Source of the DNA: a virus
Lineage: Duplodnaviria > Heunggongvirae > Uroviricota > Caudoviricetes
IMG/VR virus record: IMGVR_UViG_2711768032_000007
Length of the DNA: 11,229 bases
Direction: 5' to 3' (one strand)
In this document: piece by piece, positions 1 to 8,330 of the stretch
Position numbering within the stretch: the stretch's first letter is position 1
Layout: every line of letters begins with the position of its first letter
Position numbers and translations under genes: made by a program
The notes under the pieces: model-generated
The model's input: only the letters and a program-made list of their open reading frames with translations
What the model was told of the DNA's origin: nothing
Databases searched by the model: none

Positions 1-1362
1 ATGTTTAAACCGGAACTCCTTTCCCCGGCGGGAACGCTGAAAAATATGCGTTACGCTTTCGCTTATGGCGCAGATGCTGTTTATGCGGGCCAGCCGCGTT
101 ACTCCCTGCGTGTGCGCAACAACGAATTCAACCACGAAAATCTTCAGCTCGGCATCAATGAAGCCCACGCGCTGGGGAAAAAGTTTTATGTCGTGGTCAA
201 CATTGCACCGCACAACGCCAAGCTGAAAACCTTTATCCGTGACCTGAAACCGGTGGTGGAAATGGGGCCGGATGCGCTGATTATGTCCGATCCAGGGCTG
301 ATTATGCTGGTGCGTGAGCACTTCCCGGAAATGCCGATCCATCTCTCAGTACAGGCTAACGCCGTGAACTGGGCGACGGTGAAATTCTGGCAGCAAATGG
401 GCCTGACCCGCGTGATCCTCTCTCGCGAGCTGTCGCTGGAAGAGATTGAAGAGATCCGCAATCATGTGCCGGATATGGAGATCGAGATCTTCGTTCACGG
501 CGCGCTGTGCATGGCCTACTCCGGTCGCTGCCTGCTCTCTGGCTATATCAACAAGCGCGACCCGAACCAGGGCACCTGCACCAACGCCTGCCGCTGGGAG
601 TACAACGTCCAGGAAGGGAAAGAAGATGACGTTGGCAACATCGTACACAAGTACGAGCCGATTCCGGTGCAAAATGTTGAGCCGACGCTGGGTATCGGCG
701 CACCAACCGACAAAGTGTTTATGATCGAAGAAGCCCAGCGTCCGGGCGAGTATATGACCGCGTTTGAAGATGAGCACGGCACTTACATCATGAACTCGAA
801 AGATCTGCGCGCTATCGCCCATGTTGAACGCCTGACCAAAATGGGCGTGCATTCGCTGAAAATCGAAGGCCGTACCAAATCTTTCTACTATTGCGCACGC
901 ACCGCACAGGTTTATCGTAAAGCTATCGATGATGCCGCTGCGGGCAAACCGTTCGATACCAGCCTGCTGGAAACTCTGGAAGGTCTGGCGCATCGTGGCT
1001 ATACCGAAGGTTTCCTGCGTCGTCATACTCACGACGATTATCAGAACTACGAATACGGTTATTCAGTTTCTGACCGCCAGCAGTTTGTTGGTGAGTTTAC
1101 CGGTGAGCGCAAGGGGGACCTCGCGGCGGTAGCGGTGAAAAATAAATTCTCCGTTGGCGACAGCCTTGAGCTGATGACGCCGCAAGGCAACATTAACTTT
1201 ACCCTTGAGCACATGGAAAACGCCAAAGGTGAAGCTATGCCGATAGCACCAGGCGATGGTTATACTGTGTGGCTCCCGGTCCCGCAGGATCTTGAGCTCA
1301 ATTACGCGCTGCTGATGCGTAATTTCTCCGGGGAAACCACGCGTAATCCCCACGGTAAGTGA
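1..1362 (+). CDS. trhP: tRNA hydroxylation protein TrhP (YegQ), peptidase U32 family
   Basis: 453-aa ORF starting at window position 1 (MFKPELLSPAGTLKNMRYAF...). Recognised from memory as E. coli YegQ/TrhP. Followed by cyaR, as in the E. coli K-12 yegQ-cyaR-ogrK locus. Confidence 0.9.
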   Translation: MFKPELLSPAGTLKNMRYAFAYGADAVYAGQPRYSLRVRNNEFNHENLQLGINEAHALGKKFYVVVNIAPHNAKLKTFIRDLKPVVEMGPDALIMSDPGLIMLVREHFPEMPIHLSVQANAVNWATVKFWQQMGLTRVILSRELSLEEIEEIRNHVPDMEIEIFVHGALCMAYSGRCLLSGYINKRDPNQGTCTNACRWEYNVQEGKEDDVGNIVHKYEPIPVQNVEPTLGIGAPTDKVFMIEEAQRPGEYMTAFEDEHGTYIMNSKDLRAIAHVERLTKMGVHSLKIEGRTKSFYYCARTAQVYRKAIDDAAAGKPFDTSLLETLEGLAHRGYTEGFLRRHTHDDYQNYEYGYSVSDRQQFVGEFTGERKGDLAAVAVKNKFSVGDSLELMTPQGNINFTLEHMENAKGEAMPIAPGDGYTVWLPVPQDLELNYALLMRNFSGETTRNPHGK

Positions 1363-1394
1363 TTAATTTCGATTATTTTTCCCGGATGGAAAAT

Positions 1395-1446
1395 TCTTAG
1401 AAACCGATCACATACAGCTGCATTTATTAAGGTTATCATCCGTTTC
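1395..1446 (+). promoter_or_regulatory. Putative cyaR promoter (-10-like TATCAT at 1434-1439; TCACA CRP-type half-site at 1408-1412)
   Basis: The -10-like hexamer ends 7 nt before the inferred cyaR 5' end at 1447. cyaR is known to be CRP-activated, but only one good CRP half-site is visible by eye. Position inferred, not measured. Confidence 0.4.
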
Positions 1447-1533
1447 GCTGAAAAACATAACCCATAAAATGCTAGCTGTACCAGGAACCACCTCCTTAGC
1501 CTGTGTAATCTCCCTTACACGGGCTTATTTTTT
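1447..1533 (+). ncRNA. cyaR: CyaR (RyeE) Hfq-binding small RNA
   Basis: 87-nt stretch GCTGAAAAACATAACCCATAAAATGCTAGCTGTACCAGGAACCACCTCCTTAGCCTGTGTAATCTCCCTTACACGGGCTTATTTTTT matches the E. coli CyaR sequence as I recall it. Ends in an intrinsic terminator hairpin (GCCTGTGTAA / TTACACGGGC) plus a U-run. Lies directly downstream of yegQ. Confidence 0.85.
1507..1533. other. P2-type attachment-site core (27 bp) at the ogr-proximal prophage-host junction
   Basis: Reverse complement of 1507-1533 is AAAAAATAAGCCCGTGTAAGGGAGATT, which matches the P2 att core as I recall it. It coincides with the cyaR terminator, a known P2 integration target in E. coli. ogr lies about 100 bp away, as expected for this prophage end. 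Confidence 0.75.
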
Positions 1534-1597
1534 ACGTGCAACAAATTGAAATAAAAGGATTTATTTCTGGTCACGTCCACACATTGACCACATCGAC

Positions 1598-1630
1598 AAA
1601 AAAGCCCCTCGACTGAGGGGCTTTCTGTTT
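1598..1630. terminator. Intrinsic terminator hairpin downstream of ogr (bidirectional in appearance)
   Basis: Perfect 9-bp stem AAGCCCCTC / GAGGGGCTT with loop GACT (1602-1623). Flanked by an A6 run on the plus strand (a U-run for the minus-strand ogr transcript) and by TCTGTTT on the other side. Confidence 0.6.
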
Positions 1631-1634
1631 GTAA

Positions 1635-1853
1635 TTACATCCACATAATTTGCTGCCCTGATGGCAACGGGTGCGGCCTTACGGCGTGGACTTCTCCCGG
1701 CTTCACGATGTATCGCTGTACCGACTCATAAGTGATGAACGTGGCACTGCAATTCACGTTCTGACACTGGTGATAACGCTCTTTTGTCGTGTCAGTGATA
1801 TAGCGGCTTGTACGCGCATGTGCGGCATGCTGGCATAAAGGACAATGAAACAT
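1635..1853 (-). CDS. ogr: Late gene transcription activator Ogr (zinc-finger)
   Basis: 72-aa product MFHCPLCQHAAHARTSRYITDTTKERYHQCQNVNCSATFITYESVQRYIVKPGEVHAVRPHPLPSGQQIMWM with the C-X2-C...C-X4-C zinc-binding pattern of P2 Ogr. GAGG-type Shine-Dalgarno motif upstream of the ATG at 1853. The six-frame ORF extends in frame to 1916, but the canonical 72-aa start is preferred. Confidence 0.85.
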   Translation of the reverse strand: MFHCPLCQHAAHARTSRYITDTTKERYHQCQNVNCSATFITYESVQRYIVKPGEVHAVRPHPLPSGQQIMWM

Positions 1854-1934
1854 CGCGAGCACCTCTTCCGGTTTTGTTGATGGTGCCATTTTAGTTAATT
1901 TATCCTTATAAAACAAATAGATAAAATAAAAACA

Positions 1935-3098
1935 TCACTCGTCATCTTCTGTTTCGTACTCCACATCAGAAAGCCTGACCTCAAGCTCCAGGGACGTCGT
2001 GAAGCCGCTATTATTCAGAAAATGTGTCACCTTAGTGATTGTCCAGTCCTGCTCGTCTATGACGCGCTTAAAGCCTGACACTTTGACCGGTGTTTCCGTG
2101 TAAATATCTGCACGACCGGTAGCCAGGCTGATGGAGAACTCCGCAACGCCCCGTTGCAGTTTATCCCACTTCGCCTGAGCGGCGCGCATGGCCTGCGCTT
2201 TCGTGGCATATACCGTGGTCAGGGCAAAAACATTGTCAGCCTCACCGGCCATGTATTCACCTTCGCGCGCTTCCGGTACTTTTGGCGCTTTCTTCTGCGT
2301 GACCGGTTTCGCTTTCGGGTGCTCCAGTGCGCGCAGGTGTTTCTCTTTCTTTTTGCGTTTCAGTTTTACCTTCTGCTTTTGTGGCTTCGGGTCTTTGGTA
2401 TGTAACCACTTTGCCGTTACGCCTGTGTAGGCTCCACGGTCAGCAATCGCAAAATGATGACGGTCGCCGTCGCTGCGGGTGATGGTAATCTGCGGGATTT
2501 TTTTACCGCTGGCCGTCACCCCCTGCCCCGCTTTGAGAAACAGCAGTTTTCCCATTTTTACCGACACCTCACCGCCGTTGCGTTCAGCAAGACGGGTCAG
2601 GAATTTCGCATCGGACTCCTGCGACTGGTCGATGTGCGGGATTTTAATTCCGGCCAGTGACGGAGCGACACTGGCTTCCAGCCTGTTACGGGAGGCAATC
2701 GCCTCAACAATCGCACCGAGCGTGGTGTCATGCCAGGAGCCTTCCCGGCGGGAATTGAGCGTGCCACGAAAATCTGCACTCCGGGCGCGGATGGTGACCA
2801 CATCCGGTGCGCCCCGGTGTTCAACCTCATCAACGGTGAATTTCCCCTTGCATACCAGGGCAAAACCTTTCCAGCCGATATACACCGTCAGGACAGCGCC
2901 ACGAACCGGCAGCCCGACCTGCCCGTCGGCATCGTTCAGTTCAATATCAAGCTGGTCAGCCTCAAAGCCCCGGTTATCCGTCAGGGTCATGCTCATCAGA
3001 CGGTCACTGATATTGCCGGTAATATCCCTGCTGTCGAGCATCAGCATGTAATCCGGCGTCAGCGTACTGCCTGCATCAAATGTCAGCGCATCCAGCAT
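1935..3098 (-). CDS. D: P2 gpD-like tail protein (late control gene D protein)
   Basis: 387-aa ORF with the same length and position as P2 gpD (after U, before ogr). Its start overlaps the U stop (TAATG). Confidence 0.9.
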   Translation of the reverse strand: MLDALTFDAGSTLTPDYMLMLDSRDITGNISDRLMSMTLTDNRGFEADQLDIELNDADGQVGLPVRGAVLTVYIGWKGFALVCKGKFTVDEVEHRGAPDVVTIRARSADFRGTLNSRREGSWHDTTLGAIVEAIASRNRLEASVAPSLAGIKIPHIDQSQESDAKFLTRLAERNGGEVSVKMGKLLFLKAGQGVTASGKKIPQITITRSDGDRHHFAIADRGAYTGVTAKWLHTKDPKPQKQKVKLKRKKKEKHLRALEHPKAKPVTQKKAPKVPEAREGEYMAGEADNVFALTTVYATKAQAMRAAQAKWDKLQRGVAEFSISLATGRADIYTETPVKVSGFKRVIDEQDWTITKVTHFLNNSGFTTSLELEVRLSDVEYETEDDE

Positions 3099-3577
3099 TA
3101 TCTCGCCCCCGTCATCCCCGTGAATCTGGTCGCCATACTGCCAGCCTTACCGATGAGCGATTCCGCCTGTTTACCGATATCGCCATAAAGCGCGGCCAGT
3201 GATTCATCAACGCGGGTGAGCGACAGCGTAAAATCAATTTTCCGGGGTGTGCCGTCTGCAAAGAAAATACTCCCTGTTTCACTCACCCTGCTGATGACAT
3301 ACATGCCGTAAATCATGCCGGTGCCATCCAGCAACGGCCACGCCCGGCCTTCCTCTGCCATCAGCCTGAGCGTGGTCATCGTCAGCTTCCCGCCGGTCAG
3401 TTCGGGATAAAGCACGCCGGCAAGCGTCATGTTTTCCTCACCCACACCGAGAAACTGAAAGGCATCCCGTTTACCGATACGGGAATTTGACGGCCAGCGA
3501 TAATCTGATTCGCGCTGCATGGTCTGGTGTGGCAGCGTCTGGCGCATAAAAACAAACATACCTAACGCGAGCATCAT
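3098..3577 (-). CDS. U: P2 gpU-like tail protein
   Basis: 159-aa ORF between T and D, matching P2 gpU in length and position. Stop codon overlaps the D start, suggesting translational coupling. Confidence 0.9.
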   Translation of the reverse strand: MMLALGMFVFMRQTLPHQTMQRESDYRWPSNSRIGKRDAFQFLGVGEENMTLAGVLYPELTGGKLTMTTLRLMAEEGRAWPLLDGTGMIYGMYVISRVSETGSIFFADGTPRKIDFTLSLTRVDESLAALYGDIGKQAESLIGKAGSMATRFTGMTGAR

Positions 3578-3591
3578 TTTTCGTCACCTCC

Positions 3592-6039
3592 TTAACCGTC
3601 ATGCATCATGCTGGCACGGGCGCGCGCACGTTTATCCCGCTCGTATTTTTCGAGCGCATCCTGTAACTGGCGGTCGAGCTGAGTCCCCGGCGCAGTACCG
3701 CCCGTCAGACTGATGTGATATTCGTTTTTACTCTGGTCCACATAAGAGCGGCCAGCCGGTGCCGTAACCGGCTGATAAGCCTGATAGCCTGCATAAGAGC
3801 TGGTCGCCGGAATATAACCACCGGTGCCATACGTGGCGGCATGAGTTCTGGCGGCAGTCTGGTCAAGTGCGTCAGACTCTTTGTTGATAACACCGAGTTT
3901 TTCCAGTACCCAGTCAATACCACTGCGCAGTTTGTTGAACGCACTAAGCGGCAGCATCAACGCGTCAGCCAGTGCCTGCCCGAACATGACGCCCGTGTCA
4001 CGGCAACGATTCAGGGTGTCCTGGGTGGCTTTGACCGGGGCAATCAGGTTTTTAAACCACTGCCACGCGGCCTGTAACTTTTCACCCAGCCAGTCAAACA
4101 CCGGTTTAAGTGGCGTGAACAGTTCCCCCACCGGCGCAAATGCCGCTTTCAGCCCTTCCACCACACCGCCAAAGAATGCGCTGACAGGCTCCCAGTATTT
4201 ACGGATAAGCAACGCCCCGGCGACAATAGCGGCCACCACGGCCACAACCGGCCAGCTAATCGCCCCGATGGCCGTCATAACAGCACTGCCAACCGTCGTG
4301 AAGATTGCCCCCATTGCGCCTGCTGCCGCGATGATGGCATTGATGCCGGTGATAACCGGCCAGGCTACAAGACCAATGGCACCGATGATGCCAGTAAGTG
4401 CCAGCGCGCCACCGGCAATGAGGCCAATGGTTGACGCCAGTGATTTGTTTTTCTGGATCCAGCCGTCGAGTTTTAACACATACTTTGTGGCCGTCTGCGT
4501 GAGCTTACGCAGTGCGCCTTCCTGCTGGTCAAACAGGTCAGTCCCCACCGCCTCATAAGCGGACTGAAACTCCTTAAAGTCACCGCCGAGGTTGTCCTGC
4601 ATGATATTTACCAGCTCTGCGGTCTTCCCGTCTGAGGCTTTAAACGCAGCGGTCAGTTTGTCCAGCTTTCCGGTTGAGGCGGCAGTCATCAGCACAGCGG
4701 CGGCTGAGCTGGCCTCCTCCCCGAAAATGGTTTTCATGTATTCAGCCTGCTGGGCAGTACCGAGCCGGTTTTTCTCAAAACTGGCCTGCATTTCTTTCAG
4801 AATGGTAAATACTGGTCGGGTGTTTCCCTTGCTGTCTGAGGTTTTCACACCAAGCTCTTTCAGTGCATCCCATGCTTTTCCCGTCGGTGCCTGCAGGCGG
4901 CTTAACACGGCACGGCTTCCCGTCCCCGCCATTGAACCGGTAATTTTTGCGTCATGCAGCGCCCCGACCATTGCGGCGGTTTCTTCAATGCTGACACCGG
5001 CATTTTTTGCCACTGGTGCGGCATAGGTCAGCGCATCGCTCATACCGTCAAAATCGGCGGCGGTTTTGTTCATCGTCATGGAGAGAACATCCCCGATATG
5101 AGCGACCTTATCGTTTGAAAGCTGAAAGGCGGATTTCATCCCCATCAGCAGGGCGGCGTTTTCTTCCATCGTGCGGCGGTTCGCCAGCGCCATATTCAGC
5201 GTGACCGGCGTTGCCGCCTGAATGGCATCAACATCCCCACCGGCTTTCGCAATGATAATCTGCGCACCGGCAGCATCATCCGCCGAGGCGGCAGTATTGT
5301 CGCCGAGCTGGCGCGCCTGTTTGCGGAGCGCGGCCATTTCGGCGGAATCTTTTGCCACACCGAGCACAGCCTGCAATTCTGAGTTTTTCTGCGCAAACTC
5401 ATAACCGGGCATCAGCAGCTTAACTCCGGCCATCGTTCCCGCCGCCGCAATCCCCACACCGGCAGCGCCCACTGAGGCCATATTTCCGGCAAGTTCTTTT
5501 CCTGCCTGATAACGCTGTTTGACTGCGTTAAGTTTTGCCTGTTGTGCACTGACACGCGCCAGCGCGTCACGCTGCCGGTTAAGCTGTGCGGTGGTTTCAC
5601 TGATACGGTTTTTCAGCCCCTGCTCATCATGTGCAAGATTGCGGGTATTAATTCCCACAGCGGCCAGTTCCCGCTGCTGGCGTTTAACGGAATCCGTCAG
5701 GCGGTTATATTTCGCCTGTAAGTCCTCCGCCGCACGCTTTGCGGATTCCAGCACTTTCGCCTGAGCACGGGTCGGACGTTCAGTGTTTTTAAACTGTGTG
5801 GCAAGTGCTTCGGCCTCCTGCCGTGCCTTTTCAAGTGCATGACCAGTCACGGCGAGCTGTGCACTGGTCTTGCGAAACCCCTCAATACGGGATGCCTGAC
5901 CGTTCAGCTCGCGCAGTGATTTTTGTGTTTCCCGGATATCCCCCGACAGCGACTTACTCGCTGTGCGGATGGATTTAAACGGGCGGGATGCCTGGTCAAC
6001 AGCCCTGAGCAATACCTGTAATTTTACATTGTTACTCAT
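3592..6039 (-). CDS. T: P2 gpT-like tail tape measure protein
   Basis: 815-aa ORF with coiled-coil-like Ala/Gln-rich N-terminal part and Gly/Ala-rich hydrophobic segments typical of tape measure proteins. Length and position (after E/E', before U) match P2 gpT. Confidence 0.9.
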   Translation of the reverse strand: MSNNVKLQVLLRAVDQASRPFKSIRTASKSLSGDIRETQKSLRELNGQASRIEGFRKTSAQLAVTGHALEKARQEAEALATQFKNTERPTRAQAKVLESAKRAAEDLQAKYNRLTDSVKRQQRELAAVGINTRNLAHDEQGLKNRISETTAQLNRQRDALARVSAQQAKLNAVKQRYQAGKELAGNMASVGAAGVGIAAAGTMAGVKLLMPGYEFAQKNSELQAVLGVAKDSAEMAALRKQARQLGDNTAASADDAAGAQIIIAKAGGDVDAIQAATPVTLNMALANRRTMEENAALLMGMKSAFQLSNDKVAHIGDVLSMTMNKTAADFDGMSDALTYAAPVAKNAGVSIEETAAMVGALHDAKITGSMAGTGSRAVLSRLQAPTGKAWDALKELGVKTSDSKGNTRPVFTILKEMQASFEKNRLGTAQQAEYMKTIFGEEASSAAAVLMTAASTGKLDKLTAAFKASDGKTAELVNIMQDNLGGDFKEFQSAYEAVGTDLFDQQEGALRKLTQTATKYVLKLDGWIQKNKSLASTIGLIAGGALALTGIIGAIGLVAWPVITGINAIIAAAGAMGAIFTTVGSAVMTAIGAISWPVVAVVAAIVAGALLIRKYWEPVSAFFGGVVEGLKAAFAPVGELFTPLKPVFDWLGEKLQAAWQWFKNLIAPVKATQDTLNRCRDTGVMFGQALADALMLPLSAFNKLRSGIDWVLEKLGVINKESDALDQTAARTHAATYGTGGYIPATSSYAGYQAYQPVTAPAGRSYVDQSKNEYHISLTGGTAPGTQLDRQLQDALEKYERDKRARARASMMHDG

Positions 6040-6459
6040 TCGTGTTTCCGCTTCGCCGGAGCGCCTTTTCGCGCCATGTGATGAGTTCGGTCAGGCTCAT
6101 GGGATACAGTTCTGATGGCGGCCAGTGAAATATCACTGCCACATCCGCCATCAGGTCATCGACCGAGAGATTTTTCGGGAACGTCACTGCACCGAGTTCG
6201 GCGACAAAAAACCGACCACCTTACCGGCCAGCGCCACAAGGTCAGGCAGTTCCAGTGCGGCGACCTCCTGCTCGGTCAGCATCGGTGCCGTCATGCGCGG
6301 CAGCACTTTAATCAGTGCATCGACTTCGGAGTTTGCGACCGCAGCCAGACTGACACCGCGCAGCGTCCCGGCATTAGGTTTCATCAGCGTGACCTGTTCG
6401 ATAACCTGCTCACCACGCTTGACCGGATTGTCCAGGGTAATCACATTTTCTTTGTTCAT
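6032..6459 (-). CDS. E+E': Tail assembly chaperone E+E' (product of a programmed -1 ribosomal frameshift)
   Basis: Manual translation: a -1 slip on T_TTT_TTG (6205-6211, minus strand) continues the E reading frame in an open frame to a TAA at 6032-6034. That stop lies just past the T start codon (6037-6039). Same architecture as P2 E/E'. Confidence 0.65.
6184..6459 (-). CDS. E: Tail assembly chaperone gpE (zero-frame product)
   Basis: 91-aa ORF MNKENVITLDNPVKRGEQ...GKVVGFLSPNSVQ. Size and position (between FII and T) match P2 gpE. Contains the slippery heptamer near its 3' end. Confidence 0.85.
   Translation of the reverse strand: MNKENVITLDNPVKRGEQVIEQVTLMKPNAGTLRGVSLAAVANSEVDALIKVLPRMTAPMLTEQEVAALELPDLVALAGKVVGFLSPNSVQ
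6205..6211 (-). promoter_or_regulatory. Slippery heptamer T_TTT_TTG for the E to E' programmed -1 frameshift
   Basis: Plus strand reads CAAAAAA at 6205-6211. On the minus strand, in the E frame, this is GGT TTT TTG encoding G-F-L of ...VVGFLSPNSVQ. Conserved recoding site of P2-like and many other tailed phages. Confidence 0.7.
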
Positions 6460-6487
6460 GGTTTTCTCACTTCTGAATCGGGGTTAA

Positions 6488-6508
6488 CCGGTCAGCCAGG
6501 CTGACCGG
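6488..6508 (-). other. Perfect intercistronic hairpin between FII and E (9-bp stem, 3-nt loop)
   Basis: CCGGTCAGC cag GCTGACCGG. No U-run follows on the minus strand, so it is more likely an RNA processing or stability element than a terminator. Confidence 0.4.
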
Positions 6509-6515
6509 ATGAAAA

Positions 6516-7034
6516 TCACAGGCCGATATTGCGGCGGTGTTGCTCCAGCCGGTCGACGCCGTTCACCTTCTCAATCATGTTGATGGTGTCGATTTCGACC
6601 AGCTCCTTACCGTCCATCGTCAGCCGGAAATAGGTGCAGACCACGGAGATTTTCGACTCGGTGTCTTCTCCCTGTTTGCCCTCGCCGGTGTCGATTTCTT
6701 TCTGACGTCCACGCATGACCACCTCGACGGCCACCGTTTCGCCGGTATCGTCGCGCTGGTAAGAGCCTGCAAAACGAATCGGTACGGCATCCACACCGGT
6801 TGCGGCGTAAAGCTCCCAGATAACCGAATCCGGGAAGCCCCCGAGCGACCACTCCATTGACAGCGCATCGTCATCAAGGCCGAGGTCTACCGGTGCGCTG
6901 CCGTTCATCCCCGCACCGCGATAGTTTTCAAGCTTACGGGTCAGTTTTGGCAGCGTGACGGACTTTGCAACGCCCTGATAGCTGTAGCCGTTCAGAAAGA
7001 CGTTCATTAACTTGAGTTTGCGCGGCATTGCCAT
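6516..7034 (-). CDS. FII: P2 gpFII-like tail tube protein
   Basis: 172-aa ORF directly downstream of the sheath gene with a GGAG ribosome-binding site. Length and position match P2 gpFII. Confidence 0.9.
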   Translation of the reverse strand: MAMPRKLKLMNVFLNGYSYQGVAKSVTLPKLTRKLENYRGAGMNGSAPVDLGLDDDALSMEWSLGGFPDSVIWELYAATGVDAVPIRFAGSYQRDDTGETVAVEVVMRGRQKEIDTGEGKQGEDTESKISVVCTYFRLTMDGKELVEIDTINMIEKVNGVDRLEQHRRNIGL

Positions 7035-7046
7035 CGGTCAGGCTCC

Positions 7047-8237
7047 TTAATTGCTGTTAACCGAAGTGACCAGATTTGCCAGGTATTTATCGGTAATACG
7101 CTGGCGCAGGGTCAGGTTTTCAAGAGGAGGCACCGGTGTATAGTCGTAGTCGATATACAGTTTTCCGGCCTTGAGGGTTTCCGCATCGTTGGATTCTTCG
7201 CTGAACCAGCAGGTCGCATCCACGATATAGCCGTTTGTTTTCAGCTCACGGAATTTGGCATTGATGCCGTCAACGATGTCGCGAATCAGCGTTGCTGTGA
7301 TGGGCTTATCCACCGCCCACATATGCGCCTCAGCCATCGTGTCGGCCAGCACCTGCGCGGTGCGGGTGTAGTTTTCAAAGAGGAACAGCGGGTCATCAGA
7401 GCAGGTACGGTTACCCCAGAATCGGAAACCGTCGCGGCGAATCAGCGTAGTGACGCCTGACTCGTTAAGCAGGTCAGCATCGGTGCCGGACTCCTGCAAA
7501 TCCCAGAATACAGATGCGCTGATGCCGGTAACACCGTTTACCCCGACGTTGGACAGCGTTTTATGCCAGCCCTGCTCCTGGTCGATTTTAGCGCGCAGAC
7601 CCAGCGCACGGGCGGTGGCATACGCGGTGGCGGTGGTGCTGCTGACCGTATCCCATGCGAGGAAATCCGGCCAGATGACCATCAGCTCACGCTGGCTGAA
7701 ATTCTGACGGTAGGCTTTCACCTCGGAAATGGTTTTACAGCCCCATGCGCTGATATACCCGAAAGCGCGCAGCTTCTGACAGACTGATGCCAGTGCAACA
7801 GCCACCTCTTTGGTGTCCAGTCCCGGCACGCCGAGAATACGCGGTTTAACACCGGTTACCGACTCCGCCGCCAGCAGGGCTTTCAGTCCGGTGTACTGAC
7901 CGTTTTCGTCGGTGGTGCCGATGATATTGGAAACGGTCTGCGCGAGTTTCGTTTCCTCGTCGTCGCCGGTGCCGTCTTCCACACGCACGACAACGGTGAC
8001 CGGTTTTGACTGGTCGGCGATGGCCTGCAACGATGCCGCCAGCGTGCCTTTTTTACCAGCCTTTGCAATTGCGCTCTGCACATTGGTAATCAGCACCGGT
8101 TTATTGATGGGGAAGGTTTCCGCATCCGCATCGCTGGCCGTGCAGACCATGCCGACAATGGCCGTGGATACGGTGGAAATGACGCGGGTGCCGTCGTTAA
8201 TCTCCAGCACCTGCACGCCGTGATGATAGTCACTCAT
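7047..8237 (-). CDS. FI: P2 gpFI-like contractile tail sheath protein
   Basis: 396-aa ORF, first gene of the FI-FII-E-T-U-D operon. GGAG ribosome-binding site 8 nt upstream of the ATG. Length and position match P2 gpFI. Confidence 0.9.
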   Translation of the reverse strand: MSDYHHGVQVLEINDGTRVISTVSTAIVGMVCTASDADAETFPINKPVLITNVQSAIAKAGKKGTLAASLQAIADQSKPVTVVVRVEDGTGDDEETKLAQTVSNIIGTTDENGQYTGLKALLAAESVTGVKPRILGVPGLDTKEVAVALASVCQKLRAFGYISAWGCKTISEVKAYRQNFSQRELMVIWPDFLAWDTVSSTTATAYATARALGLRAKIDQEQGWHKTLSNVGVNGVTGISASVFWDLQESGTDADLLNESGVTTLIRRDGFRFWGNRTCSDDPLFLFENYTRTAQVLADTMAEAHMWAVDKPITATLIRDIVDGINAKFRELKTNGYIVDATCWFSEESNDAETLKAGKLYIDYDYTPVPPLENLTLRQRITDKYLANLVTSVNSN

Positions 8238-8268
8238 CCGTTTAACTCCGTGGTTAATGGGTGCAACT

Positions 8269-8315
8269 ATTATCCGTTGGGTAGTACATGAGACGCTATT
8301 TGACCTGGCTGGTCA
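8269..8315 (-). promoter_or_regulatory. Candidate late promoter for the FI operon (-10-like GATAAT, weak -35, upstream dyad TGACC-N5-GGTCA)
   Basis: On the minus strand, GATAAT lies at 8274-8269 with a poor -35, as expected for an activator-dependent promoter. A dyad sits at 8301-8315. A canonical Ogr-type TGT-N12-ACA site was NOT found by eye, so the call is weak. Confidence 0.3.
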
Positions 8316-8330
8316 GTGGATGAAACATCA

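Noticed and set aside
346-1132. Several ORFs overlapping trhP (346-1032 minus 228 aa, 446-724 plus, 543-782 minus, 929-1132 plus)
   Set aside because: They overlap a well-supported 453-aa CDS, have no ribosome-binding site context and give low-complexity or unrecognisable translations. Typical spurious ORFs inside a GC-balanced gene.
1363-1634. tRNA gene as the prophage integration target
   Set aside because: No cloverleaf-compatible sequence seen. The integration target is the cyaR sRNA terminator, not a tRNA.
2154-3188. Plus-strand ORFs inside D and U (for example 2479-3051, 190 aa; 2730-3188, 152 aa)
   Set aside because: Antisense to conserved P2 tail genes with Ser/Pro/Arg-rich compositions characteristic of the wrong frame. 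No independent support.
3705-5978. Multiple ORFs overlapping the tape measure gene (for example 3881-4558 plus, 225 aa; 4592-5026 plus, 144 aa)
   Set aside because: They overlap the 815-aa tape measure CDS. Translations are Ala/Ser/Pro-rich wrong-frame artefacts.
6115-6504. Plus-strand ORFs (129 aa and 120 aa) overlapping gene E
   Set aside because: The minus-strand E and E+E' reading frames, with the conserved slippery site, fully account for this region.
6537-6877. ORFs overlapping FII (6537-6860 plus; 6607-6852 and 6620-6877 minus, alternative frames)
   Set aside because: Embedded in the tail tube gene; Arg/Gly-rich artefactual frames.
7450-8223. ORFs overlapping FI (7450-7707 plus, 7563-7787 plus, 7883-8083 minus, 7912-8223 plus)
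   Set aside because: Embedded in the sheath gene; no support.
8238-8330. Canonical Ogr-binding TGT-N12-ACA site upstream of FI
   Set aside because: Searched by eye and not found. Only a TGACC-N5-GGTCA dyad is present, so no Ogr operator is annotated.
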